The position numbers and the translations under genes were made by a program. A stretch of 64,000 bases of DNA, taken from IMG/VR virus record IMGVR_UViG_3300033555_000001, positions 246,729 to 310,728 of that record. The stretch is one strand, 5' to 3'. The notes under the pieces were generated by a model that saw only the letters and a list, made by a program, of their open reading frames with translations, had not been told where the DNA came from and ran no database searches. Below, one piece after another: positions 10,092 through 19,922 of the stretch. This DNA comes from a virus. Its lineage: Duplodnaviria; Caudoviricetes. Numbering within the stretch: position 1 is the first letter of the stretch; each line of letters opens with the position of its first letter.

Positions 10092-10591
10092 TTTAACGTC
10101 GACAAAAATTTATTGTATTCACTTGAATACTCTTGCGATTTTGCAATTGTAGCTTCACCAGCGGGGAACCTGCCCTTAAGTACGTACACTGCGTAATTTA
10201 AGGATTCGTACGCATCAGTAGCAATAGCTGCCTCTCCAGCAAGAAATCTATCTTTGAGCACGTACAGTGCGTAAGTTAAGGAATCGCGCGCACTAGTAGC
10301 AATTGCCGCTTCACCTGCTGGAAATCTTCCTTTATGTACGTACCGTGCGTAATTAACTGACCAGTTTGCACTAGTAGCAATTGCTGCTTCACCAGCAGGA
10401 AACCTGCCTTTTAACACGTACCGTGCGTACTCATAGGCAAATGGCGCATCTTTCGCAAGAACAGCTTCTCTTTTCTTTAACTCAGCTGGATTATTTTTGT
10501 ATTTCGCAAAAACAAGAGATGGTACAGTATCGTGTGCAAGATCATAATGGTCGAGAGACTCGGGTTTAGTGTGTAAGTTATATAGGTTCAT
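10088..10591 (-). CDS. 26-aa repeat protein (4 units)
   Basis: 167 aa = 193 - 26. Confidence 0.9.
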   Translation of the reverse strand: MNLYNLHTKPESLDHYDLAHDTVPSLVFAKYKNNPAELKKREAVLAKDAPFAYEYARYVLKGRFPAGEAAIATSANWSVNYARYVHKGRFPAGEAAIATSARDSLTYALYVLKDRFLAGEAAIATDAYESLNYAVYVLKGRFPAGEATIAKSQEYSSEYNKFLSTLK

Positions 10592-11169
10592 TTTAATTTG
10601 CTAATAAAAGTGTTGTACTCTTTTGCGTATTCAGGGTCTTTAGCAATTGCCGCCTCTCCAGCAGGAAACCTGTCTTTTAACACCCACTCCGCATAAGTTA
10701 AGGATTCGCTCGAGTCAGTAGCTATTGCCGCCTCTCCAGCTGGGAACCTGTCTTTTAACACGTGCAACGCATAATTACACGACTGGTATGCATCAGTAGC
10801 AATTGCTGCTTCACCAGCCGGAAATCTGCCCCTTAACACGTACAACGCATATTGACACGACTTGTATGCATCAGCAGCAATTGCTGCTTCACCTGCCGGA
10901 AACCTGCTCTGTATAACATACTGCGCGTACATAAATGCATGCTCAGGGTCTTTAGCAATTGCCGCTTCGCCCACCGGGAACCTGCCCTTTAACGCGTACC
11001 GCGCATATTGATACGCGTACTTAGCATCTTTCGCAAACAGCGCTTCCCTCTTTTTTAACTCAGCCGGGTCGTCTCTATATTTCTCCCAAACAATAGATGG
11101 AACACTATCTTGTGCGTGATCATGGTGGTCGAGAGACTCAGGCTTTGAATGGAGGTTGTACAGGTTCAT
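10588..11169 (-). CDS. 26-aa repeat protein (5 units)
   Basis: Same repeat. Confidence 0.9.
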   Translation of the reverse strand: MNLYNLHSKPESLDHHDHAQDSVPSIVWEKYRDDPAELKKREALFAKDAKYAYQYARYALKGRFPVGEAAIAKDPEHAFMYAQYVIQSRFPAGEAAIAADAYKSCQYALYVLRGRFPAGEAAIATDAYQSCNYALHVLKDRFPAGEAAIATDSSESLTYAEWVLKDRFPAGEAAIAKDPEYAKEYNTFISKLK

Positions 11170-11669
11170 TTTAACATTTTCAGCAATTTATCGTAGTCAG
11201 CAGAATACTCATCGTCAGCTCTTATTGCTGCTTCGCCCGCAGGAAATCTGCCCTCAATAATATCCCTTGCGTACAGATATGCATATTTTGCGTCCTTAGC
11301 AATTGCTGCTTCACCAGTGGGAAATCTGCCCTTTAAAATAAAGCGAGCGTACTCGTATGAGTGCTCTAAAATTTTAGCAATTGCTGCTTCGCCGGCAGGA
11401 AACCTGCCCCTTAACACGTACGTCGCGTACATAAATGCGTTTTGAGGGCTCTTAGCAATAGCCGCTTCACCAGCCGGAAATTTTCCTTGAAGAATATCAT
11501 AGGCGTATTCATACGCGTACTTTTGATCTTTCGCAAACAGCGCTTCTCTCTTTGTTAATTCCTTTGTATTGCCTTCATATTTGTCCCATGCAACTGATGG
11601 TACAGTATCATGCGCCACATCATGGTGATCAAGAGACTCGGGCTTTGAATGTAGGTTGTATAGGTTCAT
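11166..11669 (-). CDS. 26-aa repeat protein (4 units)
   Basis: Same repeat. Confidence 0.9.
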   Translation of the reverse strand: MNLYNLHSKPESLDHHDVAHDTVPSVAWDKYEGNTKELTKREALFAKDQKYAYEYAYDILQGKFPAGEAAIAKSPQNAFMYATYVLRGRFPAGEAAIAKILEHSYEYARFILKGRFPTGEAAIAKDAKYAYLYARDIIEGRFPAGEAAIRADDEYSADYDKLLKMLK

Positions 11670-12013
11670 TTTAGCGCGCCAATAAAATTGTTGTATTTTT
11701 TTGCTACTTCTGGATTTCTCGCAATAGCCGCTTCACCTGCCGGAAACCTGTCTTTTAAGACGTAAAAGGCATATTGATACGACCAGTACTCATCTGTAGC
11801 AATCACCGCTTCTCCAGCCGGAAATTTTCCTTGAAGAATGTTCCGTGCGTACCTGTAAGCAATTTCTGAATCTTTAGCAAGAGCAGCTTCTCTTTTCTTT
11901 AACTCAGCAGCGTCGTCTCTATATTTCTCCCAAACAATAGATGGAACACTATCTTGTGCCGCGGCGTGATGGTCGAGAGACTCTGGTTTAGCGTGCAGGT
12001 TATACAGGTTCAT
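11666..12013 (-). CDS. 26-aa repeat protein (2 units)
   Basis: 115 aa = 167 - 52. Confidence 0.9.
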   Translation of the reverse strand: MNLYNLHAKPESLDHHAAAQDSVPSIVWEKYRDDAAELKKREAALAKDSEIAYRYARNILQGKFPAGEAVIATDEYWSYQYAFYVLKDRFPAGEAAIARNPEVAKKYNNFIGALK

Positions 12014-12774
12014 TATTTTGGCAAATGTTCTTTGTAGTGTTTAGCAATTAATTTGTTGATAAACGCTGTATAGGCCGGAAGTTCGCTAAGAGCCTTGATC
12101 TCTGTAGCTTTAACCTCCACATCTCGCTCGTCCATGAATGATTCAGACTCATAGTGAAATTGGAATTTTCTGTCCTTGCCGCCAAGCTTGCTCATGATGA
12201 TCATGAGATCGCCATCTTTACTGTAATTGTCAAACTGGTTGTTGTCTTTTGCTGCAGTGCACCATTTTGTTCCGGAGCCGTACAAGCACGCTGCCTCTTC
12301 AGTACGCGGAATAATTACTTTAAAGCCAGGAGCCTCAAAGAATACTTCGGCATCTTTTTTGATGGCTGCAGCTTTAGCGTTGTTTGAAACTGGAATATCA
12401 GATTCATCAAACTGCTCCAGGGCGTCGTACAACTGCTCCAGCGATTTGTACTGGTTTAAATCTTTTACTTCAAGCTTTGATTTAAACTTATCAAACTTTT
12501 CAAGTTCGCCGCGAATACGACCGGCATCTTCAACTTTATAATGCCCAAGGATGTACTGTTTGGTAAGCCACACCGTGTTTACCTTTTTACCAATATCCGC
12601 GTTAGCACTTATAAAATTAACAAGCTCTAACTCATCCTTGATTTTCTTGGCGCTGCCGTCTTTTTCCATGGCAGCAAGAATTTTGTCCTTGAACTGGGCA
12701 GCGGTGAATTCGATGCGGCCTTCAACCAACATGTTTAAATAGAGTACTGGAGCGTGCAGTTCAACTAATTTCAT
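12013..12774 (-). CDS. phage protein with a YGxGTKWCT domain; first gene of the repeat operon
   Basis: ACLYGSGTKWCTAAK...F..Y...G.L..I motif; TAAATA box at 12802-12807 (minus strand). Confidence 0.8.
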   Translation of the reverse strand: MKLVELHAPVLYLNMLVEGRIEFTAAQFKDKILAAMEKDGSAKKIKDELELVNFISANADIGKKVNTVWLTKQYILGHYKVEDAGRIRGELEKFDKFKSKLEVKDLNQYKSLEQLYDALEQFDESDIPVSNNAKAAAIKKDAEVFFEAPGFKVIIPRTEEAACLYGSGTKWCTAAKDNNQFDNYSKDGDLMIIMSKLGGKDRKFQFHYESESFMDERDVEVKATEIKALSELPAYTAFINKLIAKHYKEHLPK

Positions 12775-12914
12775 TTTTAATCCTAGTAAGAAAAGTCTCA
12801 GTATTTAGCACGGCCAGAATCGATTACCACAGGTTTAACTTGAGCGCTGTGAGTGCTTTTTAATGTTATAGTACATGCAGAAATAAAATAACTTACACTG
12901 GACACGGCACTACA

Positions 12915-13346
12915 ATGGCTGAGATCATAGACTTTATCGCGCGACGAAATGAAAAGCTACGGGGAGCCCCAGCGGTAACAATCAGCGAGCTCTCTGCGCA
13001 GGCGACTCAATTTTTGCTGGGTGACTGGGAAAAGATGGCGCGGGCGAACCGGCTTAACGATTACTTTAGGCAATCTATGCCCTCGTCAGTTGATCAGTTT
13101 TCAAAGATTAACTACATGAATGACTTGAACGAGATTGCTAAGCTTGAACTTAATCTTGACTTGCGCCCCATGATTTTCTTTCCTGGCACAACTCACCGCA
13201 CCCAAATTGGCTGGGTCGTGCAGTTCAAACTCGCCAATACCACCGTGCTTACCCCAGAGCTGGCCAGTGAAGCCTACGCCAGATGCTTTTCTATTCTGTT
13301 ATTTTTAAGAGTAAAACGTGCAGCACTTGATGCAAGGTTAATATGA
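12915..13346 (+). CDS. hypothetical protein
   Basis: 143-aa ORF, divergent from the repeat operon. Confidence 0.7.
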   Translation: MAEIIDFIARRNEKLRGAPAVTISELSAQATQFLLGDWEKMARANRLNDYFRQSMPSSVDQFSKINYMNDLNEIAKLELNLDLRPMIFFPGTTHRTQIGWVVQFKLANTTVLTPELASEAYARCFSILLFLRVKRAALDARLI

Positions 13347-13552
13347 ACAAGAAACTTAAAGAAAATATTGTCGCGGTAATTGGCTGGACGCTGGTCGGTT
13401 ATGGTATTATTTGGGGCGGTCAAGTACTTATTTTGGTGCTCTGGGCCGCCGATATCTTGTAACACCAGTTACAAATTAATTATTTTCCCTCTTCATCCTG
13501 TGTTATTATGTCTCATACACCAGCGTGAGACATAATAACTCCAAAGGAAAAC

Positions 13553-13870
13553 ATGCAAACGACTATTACTGAATACAAAAATAGAACGTGTAGCCGTTGC
13601 GCCGGAAAAGGCGTCCTGCCCTCATACCAGCACAACAAAGGCGGCGAATGCTTTCGCTGCGGCGCCACAGGCGTTGACCCAACAATGCAAGAAACCTCTC
13701 GCGAAATGACCGGCGCAGAAATCATTGCGGCTCTCGCAACCGCCGGGTTCCCTGTAATTCGTACCGCAGCGGAGCCGACCGGAGAGACGTGGCTTGATGC
13801 ACTTTTCCCTTTTAAAGAATTCACGGCAGACGAAATTGCGGTCGCACGCCAGTTGCTGACGGCAATTTAA
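13553..13870 (+). CDS. protein with an N-terminal CxxCxGxG zinc-binding motif
   Basis: CSRCAGKG...CFRCGATG; AAGGA RBS. Confidence 0.75.
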   Translation: MQTTITEYKNRTCSRCAGKGVLPSYQHNKGGECFRCGATGVDPTMQETSREMTGAEIIAALATAGFPVIRTAAEPTGETWLDALFPFKEFTADEIAVARQLLTAI

Positions 13871-13974
13871 TTATTCTGACGCTCTGGGCCGGCATATCTT
13901 GTAACACTCGTTACAAATATTTTTTCTAATCCCGCAGTACTGTGTTACTATATCATTTCTAGCAATACGCAGAG

Positions 13975-14226
13975 ATGATCATGGAAGCATATACATTCAA
14001 AAAAGCAGTTGAGCAGCGTCTTCAGAAGTACAGAGACGAAGCAGAAGCCGCCGCCAAATCAGAGTTAAAAGCTACTGTTCCCGCTGACCTGCACCCGGAC
14101 ATTGGGGTGATTCACCGCGCAGACGGCACCTTTGGATACTATATTCATCTCAACAACCGCATGATACCGGGCGACGTCAAACATCTTACTGCTCTTTTAA
14201 AACTTGCCGGGAAAAATAATGGGTAG
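13975..14226 (+). CDS. hypothetical protein
   Basis: Follows a promoter-like cassette. Confidence 0.6.
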   Translation: MIMEAYTFKKAVEQRLQKYRDEAEAAAKSELKATVPADLHPDIGVIHRADGTFGYYIHLNNRMIPGDVKHLTALLKLAGKNNG

Positions 14227-14442
14227 AAAGACCAGATTTTTCGGTGCACTTGTTTTGCTGTTTGCGCTTGACATTATATTGAGACTACTACATTCAACTA
14301 TAACTGTTGTTGGCACAGGCGGAGAATTCTTATTTTTGGCGTGGCTCATGACGTGGCTTACTGACCGGGACGGAAAACAATGAAATTCTCGCTGACCCCT
14401 GACGCACCACCCGCGGAATACTAAACACTACTAACTCAGCCT

Positions 14443-14961
14443 ATGCTAATTTTCTACCGACAAGTTTCGCTGATTGAAGGATTTGTGCTCTCTGATCTAG
14501 ACAAAAACTCTCGAGTCGTTGGTGGCCGAGAAGTTTCACTTGCAGGTGGCATAGCTCTCTTTAACACACTGCGTAACAGGCCTATCAGCTGTTGGAAGTG
14601 CGGGTGTCAGGCGGACCGCTGGGTTGCAACACGATCACCTAAAGATCCATCACGTCCAGTTTTAAATTTATTTGCGACCAGACGTGGACGGCTAGTAATG
14701 ATGACCAGAGACCACATCATTCCAAAGAGTTTAGGTGGTATTGACTCAGTACAGAATTTACGGCCGGGCTGTGAAGTGTGTAATGGCGGACGCGGCTCTA
14801 AGATGAACAAGGCTGATAAGAAATTTATGACTGATCACCCAGAGCTAATTAGCGCCGCGAGAGTAGCCAAGGGATTAGAGAACAAGGCGCGTGCCGAGGC
14901 AGCTCTTGCCGAGCAGCAACTTAAAAATTTAAAAAAGAAATTACTCGGAGAAACAAAATGA
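14443..14961 (+). CDS. HNH endonuclease-domain protein
   Basis: CWKC, DHIIPKSLGG.D...NL..GCEVCN. Confidence 0.85.
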   Translation: MLIFYRQVSLIEGFVLSDLDKNSRVVGGREVSLAGGIALFNTLRNRPISCWKCGCQADRWVATRSPKDPSRPVLNLFATRRGRLVMMTRDHIIPKSLGGIDSVQNLRPGCEVCNGGRGSKMNKADKKFMTDHPELISAARVAKGLENKARAEAALAEQQLKNLKKKLLGETK

Positions 14962-16253
14962 CTGACGCTGTTGAAGACCCCTCAAATCTGCGCAAGCTAG
15001 TAACGTTCCGAAAAATCTCGGCGCTGCTGCCTATTGACGGGGCTGATGCTATTGAGCTTGCTCAGGTAGATGGCTGGCAAGTTGTGGTAAAGCGCGGTGA
15101 ATTTAAACCTGGCGACGCCTGTATCTATTTTGAAATTGATTCATTCCTTCCTGATGGAAATCCAGCCTGGCAATTCTTGGTAGATAAACAGCCGCGCATG
15201 TTCAATGGCGTCAAGGGCCACAAGCTGCGCACGATCAAGCTGCGCGGAGCGCTGTCCCAAGGATTCCTGCTGAAGCCAGAAATGCTGCCTGAAATCACGC
15301 AACTTGTCGCAGATTCAGAAGCGCTTGGGCTTAACACGCGTGAGTGTGATTTAAGCGCTTTTGTTGGCGTAGTAAAATTCGAGGCTCCACTGCCAGCATG
15401 TCTGCAGGGCACGGCAAAGGGACTGTTCCCATCTTTCCTGCGCAAGACTGATCAGGAGCGGTGCCAGAATCTTGTAGCTAAAATCTTTGGGTATGAGTCT
15501 GTAAAATACAGCCCATGTGATTGGATCAGTGTTGAAACTGCGCTGCCCGCAATTGGACAAGTCATTTCCCTCAAGGGGCCAGTTGATTTACCTGATTTCT
15601 ATTCAACTTATACTGGCGATGAGCAGCTGATGACACACTGGAAGCCAGTTGAAATCAGACCGCCGTTCTCAAGCCCAACTGATGTTTACGAGCGCTCGCT
15701 AAAACTAGACGGTTCGAGCATGACCGCCTACGTCAGAGAGGTGGACGGTGTAGTTGAAACTGGCGTGTGCTCCAGAAATCTGGAACTGAAAATTAGTGAA
15801 GAGAATAAAGACAATTCATTCATTCGTGCGTTCTTTGATCTTGGTATTCAAGCCGCGCTCTTGGAGTGCATGCGCCGCACTGGCTATGCGATTGCACTGC
15901 AGGGTGAACTAATGGGTCCTGGAATTCAGGGTAATCGTGAGGGTTTTAGCACGCACCAATTCTTTTTGTTTGACATTTATTTGATCAATGATGGGCGGTA
16001 CATGACCCCGGTGGAGCGCACCACGGTGCTTGCAGCACTACAGGAAGTATCACCGCTGATTCTGCATACTCCAATCTTGGGGGTTGGCACACTAGCCGAG
16101 ATGAACATTGCAAGTGTCAGAGATTTACTGGCCGCAGCAAAGGGGAGTTCAATCGCGCATAAAATTCGCGAGGGCGATGTGTACAAACGGATGGATGGCC
16201 AGTTCTCGTTTAAGGCGATTAATAACGACTTTTTGGCAAAAGAGGCAGACTAA
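14958..16253 (+). CDS. rnl: RNA ligase, Rnl2/DRB0094 family
   Basis: N-terminal RKLV...AD.IE...V.GWQVVVK.GEF.PGD..IYFEIDSFLP module; KLDGSS, LQGE, FDI, REG.V.K, FKAI motifs. Confidence 0.92.
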   Translation: MTDAVEDPSNLRKLVTFRKISALLPIDGADAIELAQVDGWQVVVKRGEFKPGDACIYFEIDSFLPDGNPAWQFLVDKQPRMFNGVKGHKLRTIKLRGALSQGFLLKPEMLPEITQLVADSEALGLNTRECDLSAFVGVVKFEAPLPACLQGTAKGLFPSFLRKTDQERCQNLVAKIFGYESVKYSPCDWISVETALPAIGQVISLKGPVDLPDFYSTYTGDEQLMTHWKPVEIRPPFSSPTDVYERSLKLDGSSMTAYVREVDGVVETGVCSRNLELKISEENKDNSFIRAFFDLGIQAALLECMRRTGYAIALQGELMGPGIQGNREGFSTHQFFLFDIYLINDGRYMTPVERTTVLAALQEVSPLILHTPILGVGTLAEMNIASVRDLLAAAKGSSIAHKIREGDVYKRMDGQFSFKAINNDFLAKEAD

Positions 16254-16492
16254 TGTACACATATACAAAATTCAATGCGCCGCCCGTCCCACCAGACACT
16301 TTCTTCACAGCTGAAGATCAACTAGCAGGTTTGGCATCACTTCCAGGATTTATATTTGGTTGTGTGGAAGAAGACAGGTGTATAGTGTTTAATAAATTTT
16401 TAAGTACTGATGTAGATCCTGATAACCTTCCACCAGGTATGAGTATCGTGAATTCAATTTTTACGCGAAATTCAGCGCGGCGTCAGTACTAG
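16253..16492 (+). CDS. hypothetical protein (paralog of 16567-16797)
   Basis: Shared AEDQLAGL...PGFI.G.VE motif. Confidence 0.7.
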   Translation: MYTYTKFNAPPVPPDTFFTAEDQLAGLASLPGFIFGCVEEDRCIVFNKFLSTDVDPDNLPPGMSIVNSIFTRNSARRQY

Positions 16493-16566
16493 ATACTGTT
16501 TTGATTGATACAGATCCGAACAATTTCCATCGATAAGCGTATCAGAATTATTTTAGAGGCAGACTA

Positions 16567-16797
16567 ATGATTACCGTTAAATTTGTCAGTGCGCCATTTG
16601 AAGATCAAGGCTTTTTTGAAGATCCAAACTTTATGGCAGAGGATCAACTTGCTGGACTGGAGTGCATGCCCGGTTTTATCATGGGCTATGTTGAAGGCAA
16701 CCGCTGTGTTTCTTACTTTGAACTGGAGTTCACGCAAGATACACCGCTGCCTGTTGGGATCACTCATGTAAACTTAGTTTTTGGAGGGCGACAATGA
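16567..16797 (+). CDS. hypothetical protein (paralog of 16253-16492)
   Basis: Shared motif; identical upstream GAGGCAGACTAATG. Confidence 0.7.
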   Translation: MITVKFVSAPFEDQGFFEDPNFMAEDQLAGLECMPGFIMGYVEGNRCVSYFELEFTQDTPLPVGITHVNLVFGGRQ

Positions 16798-17132
16798 TTA
16801 CCGCACAAGAAGCAAAAAGTATTGTTACTACTTCAAGGGGCCGCGTAGATATGTACATGGCCGAAATTGAATATCAAATTAGAAACGCTGCAGAGGCCGG
16901 GCAATCTTCAGTGGCGTTTCATCCAAAGATTGCAAATGAAGAGCTGTCTAAGGCCAGGGATCATGCACCAAAACAATCAGCACTACAGAACTTACTGATA
17001 GAGAAATTAGTAGGCTGCGGATTTAACGCTAAAGTCCAAGCTAATGGTGACGAGTACGTTCCGCGGAGTCTAGCGGATGAGGATGGCAATGGTCCCCGCT
17101 ATAGAAATTACAGTATCGTTATTCGTTGGTAA
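16794..17132 (+). CDS. hypothetical protein
   Basis: GGAGG RBS, ATGA overlap. Confidence 0.7.
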   Translation: MITAQEAKSIVTTSRGRVDMYMAEIEYQIRNAAEAGQSSVAFHPKIANEELSKARDHAPKQSALQNLLIEKLVGCGFNAKVQANGDEYVPRSLADEDGNGPRYRNYSIVIRW

Positions 17133-17222
17133 CTGTAACGAGAAACCGTTACACTCTTTTTGAACTTGATCCCGAAGAAGGGTGTATAATCATCTCATCG
17201 ACTACACTTACGGGATTTAATC

Positions 17223-17504
17223 ATGCTGCATACTGCTCAACCAGGCGTCAAATTTAACTTTAGCGCCAGCGATTGGGGTATTGATAAAGTCATTCAGCAC
17301 CCCACAGCTAACTGTAAGTACCAGGAACTAGAGGCAGTACAAATAGCGCGAGCGCTTAACACAGCACTGGCCGCTGAAATTAATCTTGGCGTTAGATCGC
17401 CGGCGGCTGTTGAAGAAGTAATGACGGTTGTGTTAAAATCATTCTTTGTACACAGACCACCCGTGCTGCAGTTCCTGAAAAAAGTGTTAAGCGCCTCTTA
17501 TTAA
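17223..17504 (+). CDS. hypothetical protein
   Basis: Follows a promoter cassette copy (about 17135-17200). Confidence 0.65.
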   Translation: MLHTAQPGVKFNFSASDWGIDKVIQHPTANCKYQELEAVQIARALNTALAAEINLGVRSPAAVEEVMTVVLKSFFVHRPPVLQFLKKVLSASY

Positions 17505-17519
17505 TTTACTGGTGAAACC

Positions 17520-17780
17520 ATGTCAATAGTTAAGAAAACTCCGAGCAAAATTGTTATTGATCTTGATGGGCCAATTGGTAATGCTTATGCACTGCTTGGA
17601 AATGCGGCCGAGTTTGCAAGGCAGTCAGGGTACAGCAAAGAAAAAATAGATAAGATGATTGTTGATATGCAATCCGCGGACTACGAACATTTAGTTCAGG
17701 TTTTTGACAAGCACTTTGGTCATGTTGTTACACTGCTGTATTCTGGCAATCTAGGAGGAACAAATGATTTGGATGCCTAA
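17520..17780 (+). CDS. conserved phage protein (IDLxGPxGNA family)
   Basis: IDLDGPIGNAYALLG...M.S.DYEHLV..FD..FG motif. Confidence 0.7.
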   Translation: MSIVKKTPSKIVIDLDGPIGNAYALLGNAAEFARQSGYSKEKIDKMIVDMQSADYEHLVQVFDKHFGHVVTLLYSGNLGGTNDLDA

Positions 17781-17972
17781 CAAGCCCGCAGTTGACGAGG
17801 CAAAACGCGAGAAGTTACTGACAGAGCGTGCAGCCCTTGAGGAAGACATTTTAGATCTGCGTGACCAACCAATTGGCCGCTCTAACGCCGCAGTTGTTGG
17901 CCGCCAGGAAGATCTGATTGCACTTGCGAAAAAGATTAAAATCATTGATCGCAAACTTGGTAGGAGTACAGA

Positions 17973-18353
17973 GTGAAATTATCATCACGCGGCGAAGCCA
18001 CAATTTTTGAACTGTTTCCAGCGCCAGATGATATGCTGTCAGTTCATGATCGCGCAGTTGTTGAGGCCGAGGCTGCAGCACTGGCTGAAGAACTAAAGCG
18101 GTATATGTCAGCAGCAGAACTTTCGGCAATCAAAGCAAGTACTGGTAATTTTGCACCTGAACTCCGGCACTTGGCTCGTGATATTCGAACTGAGTTTGAG
18201 CTTTGGGATCCTGATCACCACGTGACTGCAATTTGGAGACGCTCGCCCGCCACGTTTTTCCTGGGTTTAATAGAAGCCGAGTGTGATAACCACCCGTGCC
18301 ATCCAGATAACTTCAGCGCGTACGTGATCACAAAACTACAGGGCATGTTGTAA
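17973..18353 (+). CDS. hypothetical protein
   Basis: 126-aa ORF in a coupled run. Confidence 0.65.
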   Translation: MKLSSRGEATIFELFPAPDDMLSVHDRAVVEAEAAALAEELKRYMSAAELSAIKASTGNFAPELRHLARDIRTEFELWDPDHHVTAIWRRSPATFFLGLIEAECDNHPCHPDNFSAYVITKLQGML

Positions 18354-18427
18354 CACGTGTGATCCTGTTTATTCTACCGGCGCGCTGCAGGAGGCGTTAC
18401 AATAGAAGTTATTAACGGGAGAACACA

Positions 18428-18754
18428 ATGCAAAAACAGCGTGGAATGATTCTAATTGTAGTCTGCACAGCCGCGCTGTTGGTAACACTGGTATTTGGTA
18501 TTTCAATTGTCTCGTACCTGAGCGCTGCGAACTATGGTGATCGCACGGAGCAGGCAATTAAAGCCGCGGAGTTTAACAGCAATCAACCGCAATTGCTAGA
18601 CCAGCAGCAGGCCTATCAGACTGCACTCAACAGTGTATGGCAAGGTTTCTGGCTCAGACTTGCTGGCTATCCTAAGATTAACACTGCAAGCACAGACACA
18701 ACTATTGACACGTTTAAGGCCAAGCGTGATACTGGTATTCAACCGGCGAACTAG
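18428..18754 (+). CDS. membrane-anchored LemA-like phage protein (short)
   Basis: N-terminal TM segment; NYG.R.E and AY.TAL.S.WQGFWL.LAGYPKI. Confidence 0.55.
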   Translation: MQKQRGMILIVVCTAALLVTLVFGISIVSYLSAANYGDRTEQAIKAAEFNSNQPQLLDQQQAYQTALNSVWQGFWLRLAGYPKINTASTDTTIDTFKAKRDTGIQPAN

Positions 18755-18762
18755 GAGCTAAT

Positions 18763-19005
18763 ATGATACGCGTTAAAATTATTACCGCTGAGGAAAAATT
18801 CCACCGCACGGTGCTGGAGTTACCTCAAGTTCCTCATCGTGGGGACTATATCTCCTTGCGAACTGCAAACACAGTAGACGAAGAAGGCAGAGACATAGAG
18901 GAGCTAACAATGTTTACCGTTGACAGCGTTACTTATAACTACTCAGGTCACTCCGGCACACGTCAGTTTTTCAGCGGTGTTGAAATGGTACTCATTAAGG
19001 TTTAA
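18763..19005 (+). CDS. hypothetical protein
   Basis: AGGAG RBS. Confidence 0.7.
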   Translation: MIRVKIITAEEKFHRTVLELPQVPHRGDYISLRTANTVDEEGRDIEELTMFTVDSVTYNYSGHSGTRQFFSGVEMVLIKV

Positions 19006-19139
19006 GGTATTATGAAACAGCACCAGTATTTTGGATTACTTAGTTCAATCTATGTAGCTAATATTTTTGGGCCGACGGTATCCGTGGTGGCTGCCGGAAT
19101 ATTTGCTCTTATTTCCTTTTATTTTATGCACAAAGATCT

Positions 19140-19922
19140 ATGAATATTACTCGAGATAGCACCACGTATATTGACAGAATAACGGCGCACTGGTACCGAA
19201 CTATTAATACAGCCCGCTGTGGCGGAGCTACTGCAATTCAACTGCAGTGTCTTGAAAGCCTGTCATCAGAGTTTGGTGCTCACTCGGGCATGATGCTGCG
19301 TGACGAATGCTTTTGGACAACAGCGGTAGACAAAGACGGTGATGTGCTGTTAACATTTCCTGAATCCTTTTTCTTACTAGATGGTTCAGTAACCAGCGGC
19401 AGCCCGACCCAGCAAATACAAATCGACTACATGGGGGTTTTAACTTCTTTAGATCTAGTAACAAAGCACATCACCGTGTACAACCCTCGTGGCCAAAAAG
19501 AAGATGCTGAATTTAAAAACTACGAGCCACTCTGGGTGCTGTACAGCAGTGAGTTTAAACGATTCACGCAGCCCAGTATGCTCTTTCAATATTCACCAAG
19601 AATCGGTGATAAAGGAGGATACAACCTTACACTGCAAAACGGTGGCAACTCCTATGAACCATGCTTAATTGGGCCCATCACTGCAAAAGCTAAAGACTTT
19701 TCGTGTGACTTTGAAGTGCTGTCCGAGACAGTGATCAGGTACGAAGGTGAACTATATTCATATTCATTTGTTGCACGAGACCCAGTTACCGATGCGGCCG
19801 TGTACAGCCTGCAATGGCTGTCGGTGGCAAAAGTTGCTGGGCTGCGTCTTGTAAAGTATTTTACTGGCCGACCGCTGCAGGCCAGACCGGGTAAAACACA
19901 CTTTATCCATGCCGTACTGTAA
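19140..19922 (+). CDS. hypothetical protein
   Basis: 260-aa ORF, no recognised motif. Confidence 0.7.
   Translation: MNITRDSTTYIDRITAHWYRTINTARCGGATAIQLQCLESLSSEFGAHSGMMLRDECFWTTAVDKDGDVLLTFPESFFLLDGSVTSGSPTQQIQIDYMGVLTSLDLVTKHITVYNPRGQKEDAEFKNYEPLWVLYSSEFKRFTQPSMLFQYSPRIGDKGGYNLTLQNGGNSYEPCLIGPITAKAKDFSCDFEVLSETVIRYEGELYSYSFVARDPVTDAAVYSLQWLSVAKVAGLRLVKYFTGRPLQARPGKTHFIHAVL

Noticed and set aside
8932-12013. CRISPR array or DGR interpretation of the 78-bp periodicity
   Set aside because: The repeats are in-frame coding units with synonymous variation. There are no unique spacers, no Cas or RT genes, and no adenine-specific TR/VR pattern.
14380-14445. Short ORF MKFSLTPDAPPAEY* in frame with the HNH gene across a TAA
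   Set aside because: The stop is ochre rather than amber, there is no matching suppressor, and the HNH ORF has a plausible start of its own. Chance or decay is more likely.
14443-14961. Mobile homing endonuclease or intron
   Set aside because: Free-standing HNH with no flanking intron structure or split gene.
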